The position numbers were made by a program, and so were the translations under genes. Positions 43,865-58,823 of a stretch of 64,000 bases of DNA are shown here, piece by piece. Position 1 is the stretch's first letter. Each line of letters starts with the position of its first letter. The notes under the pieces were generated by a model, which saw only the letters and a program-made list of their open reading frames with translations, searched no databases and was not told the DNA's origin. This DNA comes from Chrysomallon squamiferum (Eukaryota > Animalia > Mollusca), in the NCBI GenBank assembly GCA_012295275.1, contig CM022675.1, positions 10,540,001 through 10,604,000 on the forward strand, given 5' to 3'.

Positions 43865-43975
43865 TCTATTTTGTAAATTTGTGAATGATGCGTTCAACAT
43901 CGGTTGTGTTTTACTAATGAAGAAAGTTATTGGTGACTTTGCTACCGTCGTGGATTTATTTGCATGTAAGAAAAT

Positions 43976-44006
<31 letters not shown>

Positions 44007-44078
44007 TTTTTTATGAGGTTTTTAAAATAGGTTTGTGAAGGAATTATCTGTAGATTTAACTGGTCTGTAGGATAATAT

Positions 44079-44113
<35 letters not shown>

Positions 44114-44200
44114 TTTGCTAATATGCTAAAGATAAGAGGTGGTATTATTTTAAATATTATTGGAGAGATGCATGGAATTAAATACATACATATATATATA

Positions 44201-44249
<49 letters not shown>

Positions 44250-45030
44250 CTGACAACAAATAATAATACAAAAAAAATTAAAGAAAAAAATCAAACAGAA
44301 AAAAAACAAAAAAAAAAAAAAAAAAAAAACAAGAAAAAAAAAAATCTAAACAAGAAAGACAAATACCGCACATATTTTGTCGGCGTAGTGCTCAGTATTC
44401 GCAGATGTAAATATTATTTGCTTTTTCTCTCTGTTTTTCCCATTTAGCCGAAAACAGGGCAGGCTCTGCTGATTTCTATAGAAAAATTCTTCTAACATCC
44501 TGTAGTGGCACGTTTACAGCAGAACGCTGGAAAATCGCGTCTGTTTCGCTTATCCGAGAATGTCTATCGAAGTCATACAAACGTCTGAGCGGGGCGGTTT
44601 AAAAAAAAAAAAAAAAAAATTGTGGGCCGGTGTCTAGGAAAACTGTTCCCTTTGTTGATTCATCCCGGGTGAAAAGAACAGTCTTGCCAAGCAGAAAAAC
44701 TGTCGTCTTTGCGGGCGAGTTCACTGCGACAAAAGACGCTATTGAAATTGTGACGGAAAGGATTTTTGCTTTTTCCCTTCTTCTTCTTCTTCTTCTAAAC
44801 TGAAAAGGTGCTATAGCGTAAAGACGATAGAAATGAAACGTTTTCATACAAACAGAAGAAGAAGAAAAAAAAAAGACTAACTTCAAAAGCTTTTAACCGC
44901 CTTTTGTATACGACAACCCGTTGTTTTGAAGAACACTGATCTCTGAGCCTGTTACATCAAAATAACCCATCAAGCGGACGAAAGAATTCAACAATTTGTT
45001 TTCCATCCGGCGGTGGGAGTGTTTGAAAGA

Positions 45031-45045
45031 AGCGCCCCCTGGCGA
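45031..45045 (-). promoter_or_regulatory. CTCF-like motif
   Basis: Minus strand reads TCGCCAGGGGGCGCT, a close match to the CTCF core YCRSYAGRKGGCRS, in a GC-rich unique block. Confidence 0.6.
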
Positions 45046-45469
45046 GGCATGACTTTCAGGGTGTATGGGGTTTAGCCAGCAAACAGTTAAGATGTCTTTT
45101 TTATTCACTTTGTTGTAAAGGAATGAATGGGGCGACGGGAAGACGAGGGGGAAATCGCTTTAAATGAAAAAAAAAAAAAAAAAAAAGGGGGTGATATAAT
45201 TCTCCCAACGGGACTAATAAAATAATTATGACCACAACGTTTAAACTGGAGAGCGTCTTGTTTACAAACAAAACAGATTTGTTTTCAGTGGCGATACGTC
45301 TGTTTTCGTTTAGGCGCAGGTAACTTAATTTAAGATGAAAATGTTTGGATTGTAGAAACACTGGTTGAAAGAGGTAGGTTTTAGTGAGAGGGTCTGGCTT
45401 TGAGTTGATGTTGTTTTTGTGGTCTGTTTATTGCTTCGCCGATGTGGCAAAAGAAAGAGATAAACAAAC

Positions 45470-45713
45470 GAATAAATAAGGAAATAAATAAACAAATAAA
45501 TAAGTAAGTAAATAAATAAGTAAATAAGGAAGAAAAAATATAAAATAAAATAAAATAAAATAATACAAATAAATAAATAAGGAAGAAACTATATAAAATA
45601 AAATAAAATAAAATAAAATAAAATAAAATAAAATAAAATAAAATAAAATAAAATAAATAAATAAATAAGTAAATAAATAAGGAAGAAAGTATATAAAATA
45701 AAATAAAATAAAA

Positions 45714-45744
<31 letters not shown>

Positions 45745-46200
45745 AACAAAATAAAATAAGATAAAATAAAATAAAATAAAATGAAATGAAATGAAATGAA
45801 ATAAAATAAAATAAAATAAAATAAAATAAAATAAAATAAAATGAAATAAAAATGAAATAAATTAATAAAAGATATGAAATTAAACAGGTAGGAAGAATAA
45901 AAAGAAAAACAACAACAACAACAACAAAAATGAAAAAGTGTAAGGAATTAAAATAATTTAACATGAAAATAATTAATATATGTTAAGTTTTTTCTTAACT
46001 TTTTTCTTACTGAAGTCTGTCAATCATTATGTTATGCTATATCATATTACATTACATTACATTACATTATATTACATTACATTACATTACATTACATTAT
46101 ATTATATTATATTACATTACATTACATTACATTATATTATATTATATTATATTATATTATATTACATTATATTATATTATATTATATTATATCGTATTAT
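45470..46200. repeat. (AAAAT)n/(AAAT)n array followed by an (ATTAC)n/(ATTAT)n pentanucleotide array
   Basis: Direct reading; AAATAAGGAAGAAA recurs three times within the first array. Confidence 0.9.
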
Positions 46201-47711
46201 ACTGTATTGTATTGCACTGCTGCTATCTATTAAATTAAATTAGTTTAAATTAAATTAAATTTTCTTTTGTTTTATTTTATATTATTTATATTATTTTATT
46301 TTATTTTATATTATTTTATATTATTTTATTTCGTCATATTTTTTGTTTGTTTTGTTTATATGCTATAATTAATTAGCCCTTCGGCCAATGAAATAACTGA
46401 ATATGCAAGTGAGTGACGTCTGAAACTGGAGCGCCTCTGTGTTAACATTAGTTAAATATAAAACTGATAATCACTGTTTTCTGTAGCGAGAATGTCGTAA
46501 AAAACAACAACAACAACAAGATCGGAAAAACAACTAAAACAACAACACAGAAAATACCACTTCAAAACGAAAACACGTAAACAAGAGAGAGATTATTTAC
46601 GTGAACAACGACAACAACAACAACAACAACAACAACAGCAACATCAACAAGAGAGAGCAGCAAAACAGAACAAAGTAATAGTAAAAGTAGAAGTAGTAGT
46701 AGATTTAGTAGTCGTAGTCGTAGTAGTAGTAGTAGTAGTAAATATAACAAAACAACAACAACATTGATACCATTGCTACTACATCTTCTACTACAGCTAC
46801 CACTCGGTTATTGCTACAACTACTGCTACATGAACCAGCTCAACAACCACCACCACCATTACACTACAACAGTAACTACTATCACTACTACTACTACTGC
46901 TACTACTACTACTACTACTACTCAAAGTACTATTACTGCTACTATTACTACTACTACAGCCACTATTACTACTACTACAGCCACTATTACTGTTACTGTT
47001 ATTACTATTACTACTACTTCTACTAGTACTACTACTACTACACTATTACTACTACTGCTAATGATAATAATAATTTCACAAAAAATAATATAACGCATTA
47101 ATTTTTTTTTGTTGACAGAAATAACATTCTTTATATTTTTAATTTCTTTGATTAAAAACCACCTTCGGGAAAAAACGAAAAAAACTATTTTTTATTTAAT
47201 AGTATCGTGTTTCAATTTTAATTATACAGAGACTTTTCGGATACGCATCAAAACAAAATATTACGCAAACAAGTAAGGCAAAATATTCACGCTAAAAATA
47301 CTTTTACGAACAACCACGGAACTTGCCGAAGCATAGCTTACGGAAAGTGCCAGAAACAAAGTTCTGCTATTTTTGAAAAATTGCCAGGAAGTTTGCAATA
47401 TCTGAAATAAACGACGACATTGAACGTTAACAGTTATATCTTTATGTCTTTTTGACACGCCATTTAAATGAAGATAAATAAACAGATAAATAAATAACAG
47501 TAAAAAGAATTATTTTTTCCATTATTATATTTTTTTTGTTAACAGTAAGATATTTGGAAGACTGTTTTAAAACATTGCTGTTAAATATTTCAGATATTAA
47601 AACCACACATACACATAAAAAGAGACAAAGAGAAAGATAGACAGAGAGACAGAAAGAGAGAAAGAGGGAAGGAGAGATAACCACACACATTCTTCTTCTT
47701 TTTATTATTTT

Positions 47712-47752
<41 letters not shown>

Positions 47753-48145
47753 AAATATTTCTTTTATTTATAGTCATTTTTTTTCTCACCTTTTTCACTT
47801 TAATAAATGAAATATACATTTATTCTTACCAGTTAGTTCACCCTAACTTTTTTATATATATATATATATATTCTAATAAATTTAAGGAAGAGAAAAAAAT
47901 AAAATATTGTTATTTTCTTTTTATTTGTTTGTACTTGTTCTTAATAAAATTTTATAACTAATGTCATAACTTTTATCATCGTATAAACATAATGACTACA
48001 CAAGTGATAAGTAAAAACTTCGCTGATAGTTTTTATAATGGCGACGTTATTAGGTCAGGCCAGTTCGAAAATAAAAATAATAATTAGACTTAAATAAATA
48101 GTGTCATAATAACAGATAACGCCACAATCTGATAGCAGGATTACA

Positions 48146-48180
<35 letters not shown>

Positions 48181-48545
48181 GTATGTACGTATGTATGTAT
48201 GCATGTATTCATGTATGTATGTATGTATGAATGAATGACAACAACAACAACACACATACTCACACACATATATATATATATAAACACAAATAAGTAAGTA
48301 AATGAATAAATGAATAACTGAATAGATGAATATCTAAATAAATGAATGAATGAATAGTTGAATTTTAAAATACAGATACACATAACAAACAAAGTCAAGT
48401 TATTTTAACAATTATTTACCAACCTCGGAGAGAAACGTTTCCTTATTTTCTAACCTATAGTTTCATGACGTCATAATAATATGACGTCACTAGATTATGA
48501 TCACAATCGGGACTGTAGTGTTTGCTGAAGGTAAGGATACCTTTC

Positions 48546-48591
<46 letters not shown>

Positions 48592-48736
48592 TATTAATCT
48601 GTCTATATATCTCTGTATGTTCGACTCTTTGTCTGTTTAACTGTTAACGACGAAATCAAATCCATTTAGTGTGCCTATTTTTCTGTATTTCAGTATACCT
48701 ATATTTCTCCATACGTCTGTCCTAATATTAAAAGAG

Positions 48737-49022
<286 letters not shown>

Positions 49023-49671
49023 AACAAAAACAACTTAAAACAGAATTAAAACAATTCAGAAATAAACAGAACACAAAACAGAAAGGCTCTAACCAAAATC
49101 AGACCACGAACGACTCGTGTCAGTTTCCTATCTGCTGTAAATAGACACACTGCGCCTTGTCCATTTCATCCCGAGGTGTTGTCTTTGCGACGCACCTGTC
49201 ACAGCAGGTAGGGTCGATTATAACCAAATCTAGCACCCAGGTGACAACTCGCCAATCCAGAATTAATTAAGATCATTTCAATGGTGTCAGTGTTTGGACG
49301 TTACGCGTCGAAGTTGGAACGGGAGTTTTAGGTTAACACATTTATTACACGTTTTTCTTACGCAAAAGCAGTGGTGCGTTTGTTTCGGTTTGATGGTTTA
49401 TTTGTTGTTGTTGTTGTTGTTTTGTTTTGTTTTGTTTTGTTTTGTTTTGTTTTGTTTTGTTTTGTTTTGTTTTATTTTGTTTTATTTTGTTTTGTTTTAT
49501 TTTATTTTATTATATTTTATTTTATTTTGTTTTGTTTTATTTTATTTTATTTTAATTTATATTATTTATTTATTTATTTATTATGAAATTTTAAATCAGT
49601 AATTCCTCTATTAACCCAATGCACACACATATAAACGGACAAACACAAATTTATTTAAGATATATATCTAT

Positions 49672-49705
<34 letters not shown>

Positions 49706-49767
49706 CTTACATAAATAAATAAATAAACAGATATGCAGACAGACAGACAGATAGTCAGAAAGAGACA

Positions 49768-49893
<126 letters not shown>

Positions 49894-51447
49894 TAGATAG
49901 ATAGATAGATAGATAGACAAACAGATAGATAAATATTATTTTAGATATTTTGATAGTGTTACCATTCATCTTCTTTTCTTAAGTTCAGGCATGCGTACAA
50001 CCATATAATATGTGCACACCCATGCCTGCATTCATGCATCTAATTATTCGTCATTTCATGCATGCATCCGTTCATCCAAGCATCGAAAACAGTTCTGGTG
50101 CAAAGCAAATAAAAATGTCACATTTTTTTTTTTTTTTTTCTGGTTTAGAGAACAATACGAATATTCATGTTGTGAAAATATTTCAAACTTTTGAACCGAA
50201 TAAACGCAACAACAAAGAGCAACACTGAAAACAGAAATAAAAATAAATTAGTCGGAAATTACCCGAACTTTGGTCGAACCGCCTTGTGAACAAACACAAA
50301 GGAAAACAATAAAAATAAAAATAAAAAATAGAAATAGAAATAGAAATAAAAATAAAAATAAAAATAAAAATAAAAAATAAAAATAAAATATAAAATATAA
50401 AAAATTAAAATTAAATAAAAATAAAAATAAAAATAGAAATAAAAATTAAAATTAAAATTAAAAATGAAAAAATAAAAATAAAAATAAAGTAACAGTAAAA
50501 ATAAAGAAAATAAAAATGAAGTAAAAATAAAAATAAAATAAATAATTAAAATAAAAATTTAAATTAAAATAATTATAATAAAAATAAATAAATAAATAAA
50601 TCATAATAAATAAAAGAAATAATGATAAAAAATATCCCTGTAACCTGGTTTCGATCAAGAATTTTTCTTTTTCGTTTTATAATTATTTTCAGCAATTCAT
50701 TACCTTCCATGGTTATAGAAAAACTATTTTGCAAATAAGAAATGTTATTGATAGGAAATAAAATAAAACAGAACAAAACAAAACAAAACAAAACAAAACA
50801 AAACAAAACAAAACAAAATTATTTAAAAAAACAAAAAAACAACAACAATAAAAAACAATTTAAAAAATAAAAAATCGTTCTACTCAAATCACTTTTAACA
50901 TTCGGAAACCGCCGAGAGAGAAATTCGCGGGAAAAGTTGCGTGACAAACGAGTGATTGACAAGTCGTGTATTTCAGTAAGCCGTTTATATGAAATCAATG
51001 GACGACATTCACATAAAACTGGCTTGGCGTTACATTTCAATGTCTGTTTCATTGTCGCACTTGCGCGCTGCCCAGCAAGCTGCTTGAAGGCTAGCGACGA
51101 AAGAGACAACACACCGCTTGCCAAAAGGAAATTGAAGTCGGCGAAAACTGTGAGCCCAAGAGCGACAACAATAACAACAAGTATTGCTGTTACTGCTGTC
51201 ATTACCATAACCATTACAGCAGCTACTGTGACGACAGCTGTAACTACGACAACAATGCCTTGTTTTTGCCGATACCTGTCATCATTATTATTTCTTCTGT
51301 ATGAAAAAAAGCAATAACAACAACATCTACTGTGATTACGTTTTGCTATTGCTGTGATTACTACTACAACAACAACAAATAACAACAACTACTAGTACTA
51401 CTTCTTCTACTACTGTTACACTACTACTACTGTTACTTCTACTCCTG

Positions 51448-51480
<33 letters not shown>

Positions 51481-52273
51481 TTGCTACTGCTACAACTACT
51501 TATACTACTACAACAACCATTGCTACTACCCCACTACTTCTACTACAGCAACTACAACAGGTATTATCACAACTATTATTACTACATACGTCGTGCTGTC
51601 ATTACAAGTATTCTTACAGCTACAACAACAACTACTCCTACTACTACTACTACTACTACTATTCTGCTACTAATACGGCTTCAACCACTACTACTACAAC
51701 CACCACTGCTACTACAACTATGTCTGCCATTACTACGCACGCGCTCCACAACAAAAATAACATTTACTACAACATTTATTGCTAATCCCTTTTCACTGCT
51801 CCACGGAATCTTAAAAACTATTAATTTGTAACGTGACCCGAGATGTGTATGAAAATCTATAAATAATTAACACGAATACTTACAGCTAAAAAAAAAAAAA
51901 AAACCTCACAGCTGACACCAAAGCGTTTAAACATGACATTTCACGCATGAACGCCTCGCTGGCTTTTATTTTCGATCAAAACTTTTTCTTCGAAGTAATT
52001 TTTTTTTTTTTATTATTTAAAAAAAAAAAAAAAAAAAAAAAAATTACTTACGCTTCTACGAATACAGATGTTTCGCAAGAGAATTCTTTCTCCAAGATGT
52101 TGCAGCTTTTTGTTCAACGGTGCGATTCGACTTGTAAAATGATGATAATAACAATAAAACAGAGGTTTTTGTTTGATCTCAGATTATTATTGTTTATACT
52201 TTTGTTGTGCGTTCTATCAACGAACTGCTTGCGTATCCTTCAGTTCCCTCGTACACACTTAATCTTTGATTGA

Positions 52274-52365
<92 letters not shown>

Positions 52366-54458
52366 GTATTTTTTCTGTTAGTTTTCTTGTTGTATTTTTG
52401 CTATTTCTTATCCCTTTTGGAAACGAATATTTCTTTCTGTTTTAACGTATCTAATTAAAACAAAGAATCCAGTAACTAACCAACTAAATAAATATGAAAA
52501 CAATAATGTAAGTATTTAAATAAATTAAACAAAAAAATATATAATATATATATATATATATGTGCTGTGTGTGTGTTAGTAAATAAATAAATAAATATGA
52601 AAACTATAATATAAGTAAGAATGTAAGTAAAAAAATAAATACAAAAAAATAAATACAAAAAAATAAACTAAAATAAATAAATTAAATAAATTAAATAAAT
52701 AAAATAAATAAATAAATATATACAATAAATACAATAAATAAACAAACAAACAAACAAACAAACAAACAAACAAACAACCAAAAAACACTCATAAAACCAA
52801 ATATAAAAAAAAAAAAAAAAAAAACTAGAATATAAACGAATAGATAAAATTAAAAACTGAAAATCACTCTATTATCCAGAACCGACTCCGACCGAAATCG
52901 CGCCAAATCGTTCGAGCCAAGCGAAACCACGAAACTGTTTTCAATAACGGTTTATTTCTCTCTCTCTCTCTCTCTCGCCTCCAATTTATTTCACTTCCGT
53001 GTTCCGTGACGGCATCGCAATAAATTATTTAAATGCGTTGTAAATCAAAGACATTATGAAACGTGACGCAAAAACCTGTATTGATGATCGGGCAGCCCCA
53101 GGACGGGCGTGCTAAGACAGTCGCTTCGTTGCAAAAGAACTCCGAATTCTTACGAAACGAAGCCGAGAGATAGATGCGCCTCAAGTCGGTTATATAACGG
53201 TGAAAGGCGGAGATGTAAAAACAATCCATTTTCTTTTTAATTCATAAACGATAGTTGTAGTTTTTTTTTATTTTATTTTTTTTTTTTTTAGGGTACGCGT
53301 TTAAAATGTGGGTACTGTAAATCAGCTAGTTTGAAATCACCTTAATGAAATGTGATGAAGGTGATGATGTTGATGACAATAACAGCATCAACAACAACGG
53401 TATTATTATTATTATTATTATTGTTGTTGTTGTTGTTGTTGTTATTATTATTGTTGTTGTTGTTGTTATTATTTTCATTATCATTATTATTGTTGTTATT
53501 ATTATTACTATTATTTTCATTGTTATTATTATTATTATTATTTTATTATTTTTATTGTTATTATTATTATTATTATTATTAGTAGTAGTAGTAGTAGTTG
53601 TAATAGCAGTAGTAGCAGTAATTGCTATAGTAGTTGTACTTAACAAACACAGTAGTGTTAATAGTGAAAATTTATTTGTAGAAATATTATATCAATAGTA
53701 ATAATAACAGAACCAGTAGATATAAACGTAGTGATTGTACATATAGTAGTAATATTAGCAGTGAAAACAGAACAATAACAATCACAAAAAATAGTAGCAG
53801 CAGAAGCAATAGTAGTAGTAGTAGTAGTAATAGTTATTGCATTGATTTTATACATGGCGTAGTAGTTGTAGTAGCAGTAGTAGTAACAGTGACAGTACCC
53901 GTTTAAAGATGCCATAGAATTAATATTAGTAGTAGGAGTATAAATAGTAGTTGTTGTAGTAGTAACAATAGCAGTAGCAGTAGTAGTAGTAATAGAAGTA
54001 ATAGTAGTAATATTATTAGCAGTAACTGTAATAGTGTAATATTTGTAATAACAGTGGTAGCAATAGTATTGGTAATATTAGTGTACACATGCTCGAAGAT
54101 GGCATAAAGATAGTAGTAGCAGTGGTAGTGATGGTAGTGGCAGTATTAGTATTAATAGCAGCTGTAGTTGCTTAAGAACAAATATTTTAAAGAGATTCCA
54201 GTCATTCTTTTCAGTCTTTTCTTTGATAAACATTTCAGTAAAGAATTTCCTTGTACTATTCTCGTTCGCCTGTGTTGGGAATTGACCCATCGACTGTTCG
54301 TCTACGAGTACCGCAAACGTACTTGATGATTCCAACTGATCTGAATCTCCTTCGAACCGAGTGACATAGAAATACATTAAAGCAACACCCTTCACTAACT
54401 TAGTCTTAAACAAACACATATGTTGCAGTGAAACACACACAAAAAAAGAAAAGTTAAG

Positions 54459-54491
<33 letters not shown>

Positions 54492-55762
54492 AAAAAGAAA
54501 AGAAAAAATATTTTGATGTCACTTTTTTTTTTTTAGTGGCTGCCGGATTGCAAAGAATGTGGTGATACCATCTAATATCAACGCATGCGCAAAAAGTATT
54601 TCAGTGCGTGACAGAGGATCTATTGGTTAATTATGGTTATGCCGGATATAATGGTCACTTTCGCGGAAATAAATTGGTGTTGTTCATGCCATGCGGTACA
54701 TGTTGGAAAAGGTGTCACTGCTATGAGAAACTGACAAGTGTGATTACACGTGACTCGCGCTATAAATAGACGAGGTAGAGTGCTCGGCAGGTGTGTGTGT
54801 GTGGGGGAGAAATCTTCGTACTGTGGACAAGAAGCGTTCGTTATGCGTCGGGACATATTCGGAAACATTCGGCAGTTTCCGTCTTAAGTGCGTTCGCTGG
54901 TATTATTAGTATGCTCTTAATGTTATTTAACCTGTCTGTTCGTGATTTTCAGTTTATTTCTTCTTGTTATTCAGGGAATGTTAGAATTTTTCAAGAAAAT
55001 AATGTTCGTTGATTTTCAACGAACACACACGCAGATAAACATACAGACACATTTAGAAACAGACACAAACTCAGGTATATATACAGATACTCTCTCTCTC
55101 TCACTCTCTCTCTCTCTCTCTCTTTTTGTTTTCTTTCACAAAAAAGAAGAAGATGATGATAAAAATAAAAAAATGTGTGATTTGTGGTGAAGATTATGGT
55201 TATGTGGTGTAATAAAAGAGGAACGGTTTTTTTGGGGTTTTTTTTATTTTTTTTATTTATTATATTTATTTATTTAATTATTAATTTCCCAAATTGATAT
55301 ACTAAACAATGTTATTAATAGGGATAAAAATGAATAAATAAATGAATATATAATATACTGATAAATGAATGAATGAATGAATGAATGAAAATTTATTAAA
55401 TGAAATATATTTAAGTAAATGCAATAATTTCGTATAAAATAAAATTAATAATCTGTAAATGTAATGTCAAAAGTTATGTACTATATTTTAGGAGTTATAA
55501 AATAAAGTAAAATAAACAGAGAATAAATAAAAATACAATTTGAAAACATAAATAAACAAAATACCTATGTAGTGTTTTAAATTATACTGTACAGAAATTA
55601 TAAAATATAGAATAAAACGTTCTGATAAACAAACTAATATAAAAAGTAATAATAAATCTTTAAGTATAAATGTTTTTAATAAACAAATGAATAAAAAATA
55701 AAATAAAATAAATGACTTTGTGTATGTAAGTCCCCCCTCTCTCTCTCTATCTCTATCTCTCG

Positions 55763-55827
<65 letters not shown>

Positions 55828-56296
55828 GCGTACTTATATTTATTTCTGGCAATGTCCCTGATTTCTGAAACAAGTTATTATCACGTGTTGAAGCTGATTC
55901 GAAACCACTTCGCATGTCTGTGAGAAAGTAACAGCTACAACAGCAGCAGACAGGCGAATGAAACGTGCGCGCGCTGCTGTACACGTGATGAAACCTTTCC
56001 GAATAGTTTGAGATTTAATTTCGCGTTCCCCGCGGCGCTTGTCAAAACAGCGTACACATCATCGACAGCGTCATGTCGAAACATCCCAGATTTCAACCTG
56101 AACTAGATATTTAAAAAAAGTAAAAAAAAAAAAAAAAATAAAAATAAATAAAAAATATAATAAAATAAGAACTAGATATTTAAAAAAATAAAAAATAAAA
56201 AATAAAAATAAATATAGATATAATAAAATAAAATAAAATAAATAAATAAATAAATAATGATAATAATAAAAAATAAATAAAAAATAAAATAAAACA

Positions 56297-56338
<42 letters not shown>

Positions 56339-56504
56339 TAATATAAATAAAATATAAATAAATAAATAAATCATAATAATAATAATAATAATATAAATAA
56401 AATATAAAATAAAATAAATAAATAAATAAATAAATAATAAATAATAATAATATATACAAAAATAAAATAATAATAATAAGAAGAACAACAACAACAACAA
56501 CAAC

Positions 56505-56544
<40 letters not shown>

Positions 56545-57165
56545 TAATAAAATATTAATATATATATAAAAAAAAAAAAAAAAAAAAAAATGGCACAAAA
56601 AAAACTCTAATTCAGTCCAGACAGGTTTGTTATCAAAAACATCCCGCGTGTTATATAAACCAAGTCTGCAAGGAAAAACCCGTCCGCGTCTAAGATAAAA
56701 TAACAAACATCCACTGAGAAGATTTTGAAGGGAAAGAATTTTAAATAGTCACATATCTTGAAACTAAGCAGTCTGGATTTCATCGCCCGCCGTCGTACAT
56801 TTCAAGTGAAACTGACAACATGCAGATCATATTTCATTCAGTGGAGACGGGAGAAAAAAAAAAAAAAAAAAAAAAAAAAATCCGACAACACCGAAAAAGG
56901 TATGGCAGACCGTTCGGGTCATATTCAGAATTTTTACTGACACGTGACTATAATGTGTATCCATAGTTTAAATGTTTTGAGAATGTCGTTTAAGTAAAAT
57001 ATTTGGACATAATTATGATATATGTAAATAACAGGGCTTGAGGTTTCAGACAGACTGTTTCCCGTTCTGCCTACTGGCTCGTGAGTGGTTTGTGGAACTT
57101 ATGTGAGGAACTTTTTCTGTGTGTTGATTAATAAAAAAGAATCTTTGTTGCTAAGCTGTATAAAA

Positions 57166-57251
<86 letters not shown>

Positions 57252-57979
57252 TTTATTTCACAAAACAGAACTGGAAACATATAACAATAAAGTTGCCGTA
57301 TAAACTTTGTACGCCCAAATACTTCAATATTATCAAACCTCGGTTAAATTATTTTTTATACTGTGACTTGAACATGTGAGTCAAAAAAAAAAAAAAAAAA
57401 AATAATAAGAAGAAGAAGAAGAAAAAGAAATTATGACCCTAACGGTCAACCATATATTTATATCCTGGATATCGCCAATCAAACTGTTAGATTCGCTCGC
57501 TGTCCAGATGTTGTAAACAATGTGATTAAAATATTAATTCTCACGTCCAGTTTTATTGATTATTATTTCTTCTATTTTTTTTTTTTTTTTCCTGAAGACA
57601 AAAATTAGCCAAAATACAATCAGCAGAATTCCAGAATTGGTTAGTTCTTCAGCCTCGCTGATGATCGTTATTAATTTTTTATTTTGTTTGGTGTTTGTCT
57701 AAAAATTGACGAATCCCGTGACGACAAAAACGAACTGTGCTGTTTCGTGTTTTCAAAGTAAACAAACGTGATTTGTTTAGCAATGCGTGGCGTCAAGCGT
57801 GACTCACGTATACGAACATCAAAAATTGCTTTTTTGACAGCAAAGTAAAGAAATGTGACCTTTCGGGTCGAAGCGTGTCAATTTCATATTTCTTTTTTTT
57901 TTTTTTTTTTTTTTTTTGGAGTCTTAAAAAAAAAAAAAAAGTGGTCAGAACTGGAACGTTTGTGGAAGCAACAGAAGTT

Positions 57980-58290
57980 AGAAGGAAGAAATTATATTTT
58001 TAATTTAACGAAACGCATGGGACAGTTTTAATATACGATTATAAGGGGTTGAAGATGCGTGCTTGAGGATTATTATACAGGTAATAAAGAAAAGAAATCT
58101 TGCCGCCGCAACCGTTCGGTTACTCTTTTTCGGTTAGCAGAAAAGTATCTTTTATATACACCTTCCCACAGATATCTCAAACAATACCCTTTCATAGTCA
58201 ACCGTGAAGCCCTAGGAAGAATGAGAAAGAGTCCAGAGACAGCGTTGATGAGAGTAGAGCCCACGGGCCATCACCTTCCAGTCTTGTTTT
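57980..58290 (-). mobile_element. Decayed tRNA-derived SINE, MetaSINE-like, near full length
   Basis: The + strand reads TTAGCAGAAAAGTATCTTTTATATACACCTTCCCACAGA...CTTTCATAGTCA, visibly homologous to copies at 63.5 kb, 62.4-62.6 kb (opposite strand) and 28.7 kb. It resembles the reverse complement of the Meta domain (CTGTGGGATGGTGCATATAAAAGATCCCTTGCTGCTAA) as recalled from gastropod SINEs, and has a TTCC-type tail at the left end. Confidence 0.7.
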
Positions 58291-58779
58291 TTGTTTTTTC
58301 AAATGAAGAAGATATTTACAAATGATACTGACTTACAAACAAACACGTCAACAACAACAACAACAACAAAAATAATAAAAATACAAAAGAAAAACAATAT
58401 ATATATATATGATAAAAAGGTGAGGCATACAATATAATTCAGCGTAATATACTACAATTATGAGCCCATTTTGAGTTCCTATGTCGGCGCCAACTTAAAT
58501 CAAAGAAATAATAATTAAAATGTAAGACCCACTTCATTTTATACACACTTCTCTTTAACAGATCAGCTGACATACTAATACTATTACATTTCACTTCTTG
58601 TATAGTATTTTTTTTAAAATCCAACCCTCCCCCAACCCACCCAAAAAACTCAACAACAAAGAGAGAGAGAGAGAAAGAGAGAGAGAGAAAAAAACAACGA
58701 AGAAAGACAGAAAGAACTAAATGGTTTATATGTCTTATAACTATAAATAAATTTGTTGTCATTACTGTTTTTGTGTTGC

Positions 58780-58823
<44 letters not shown>

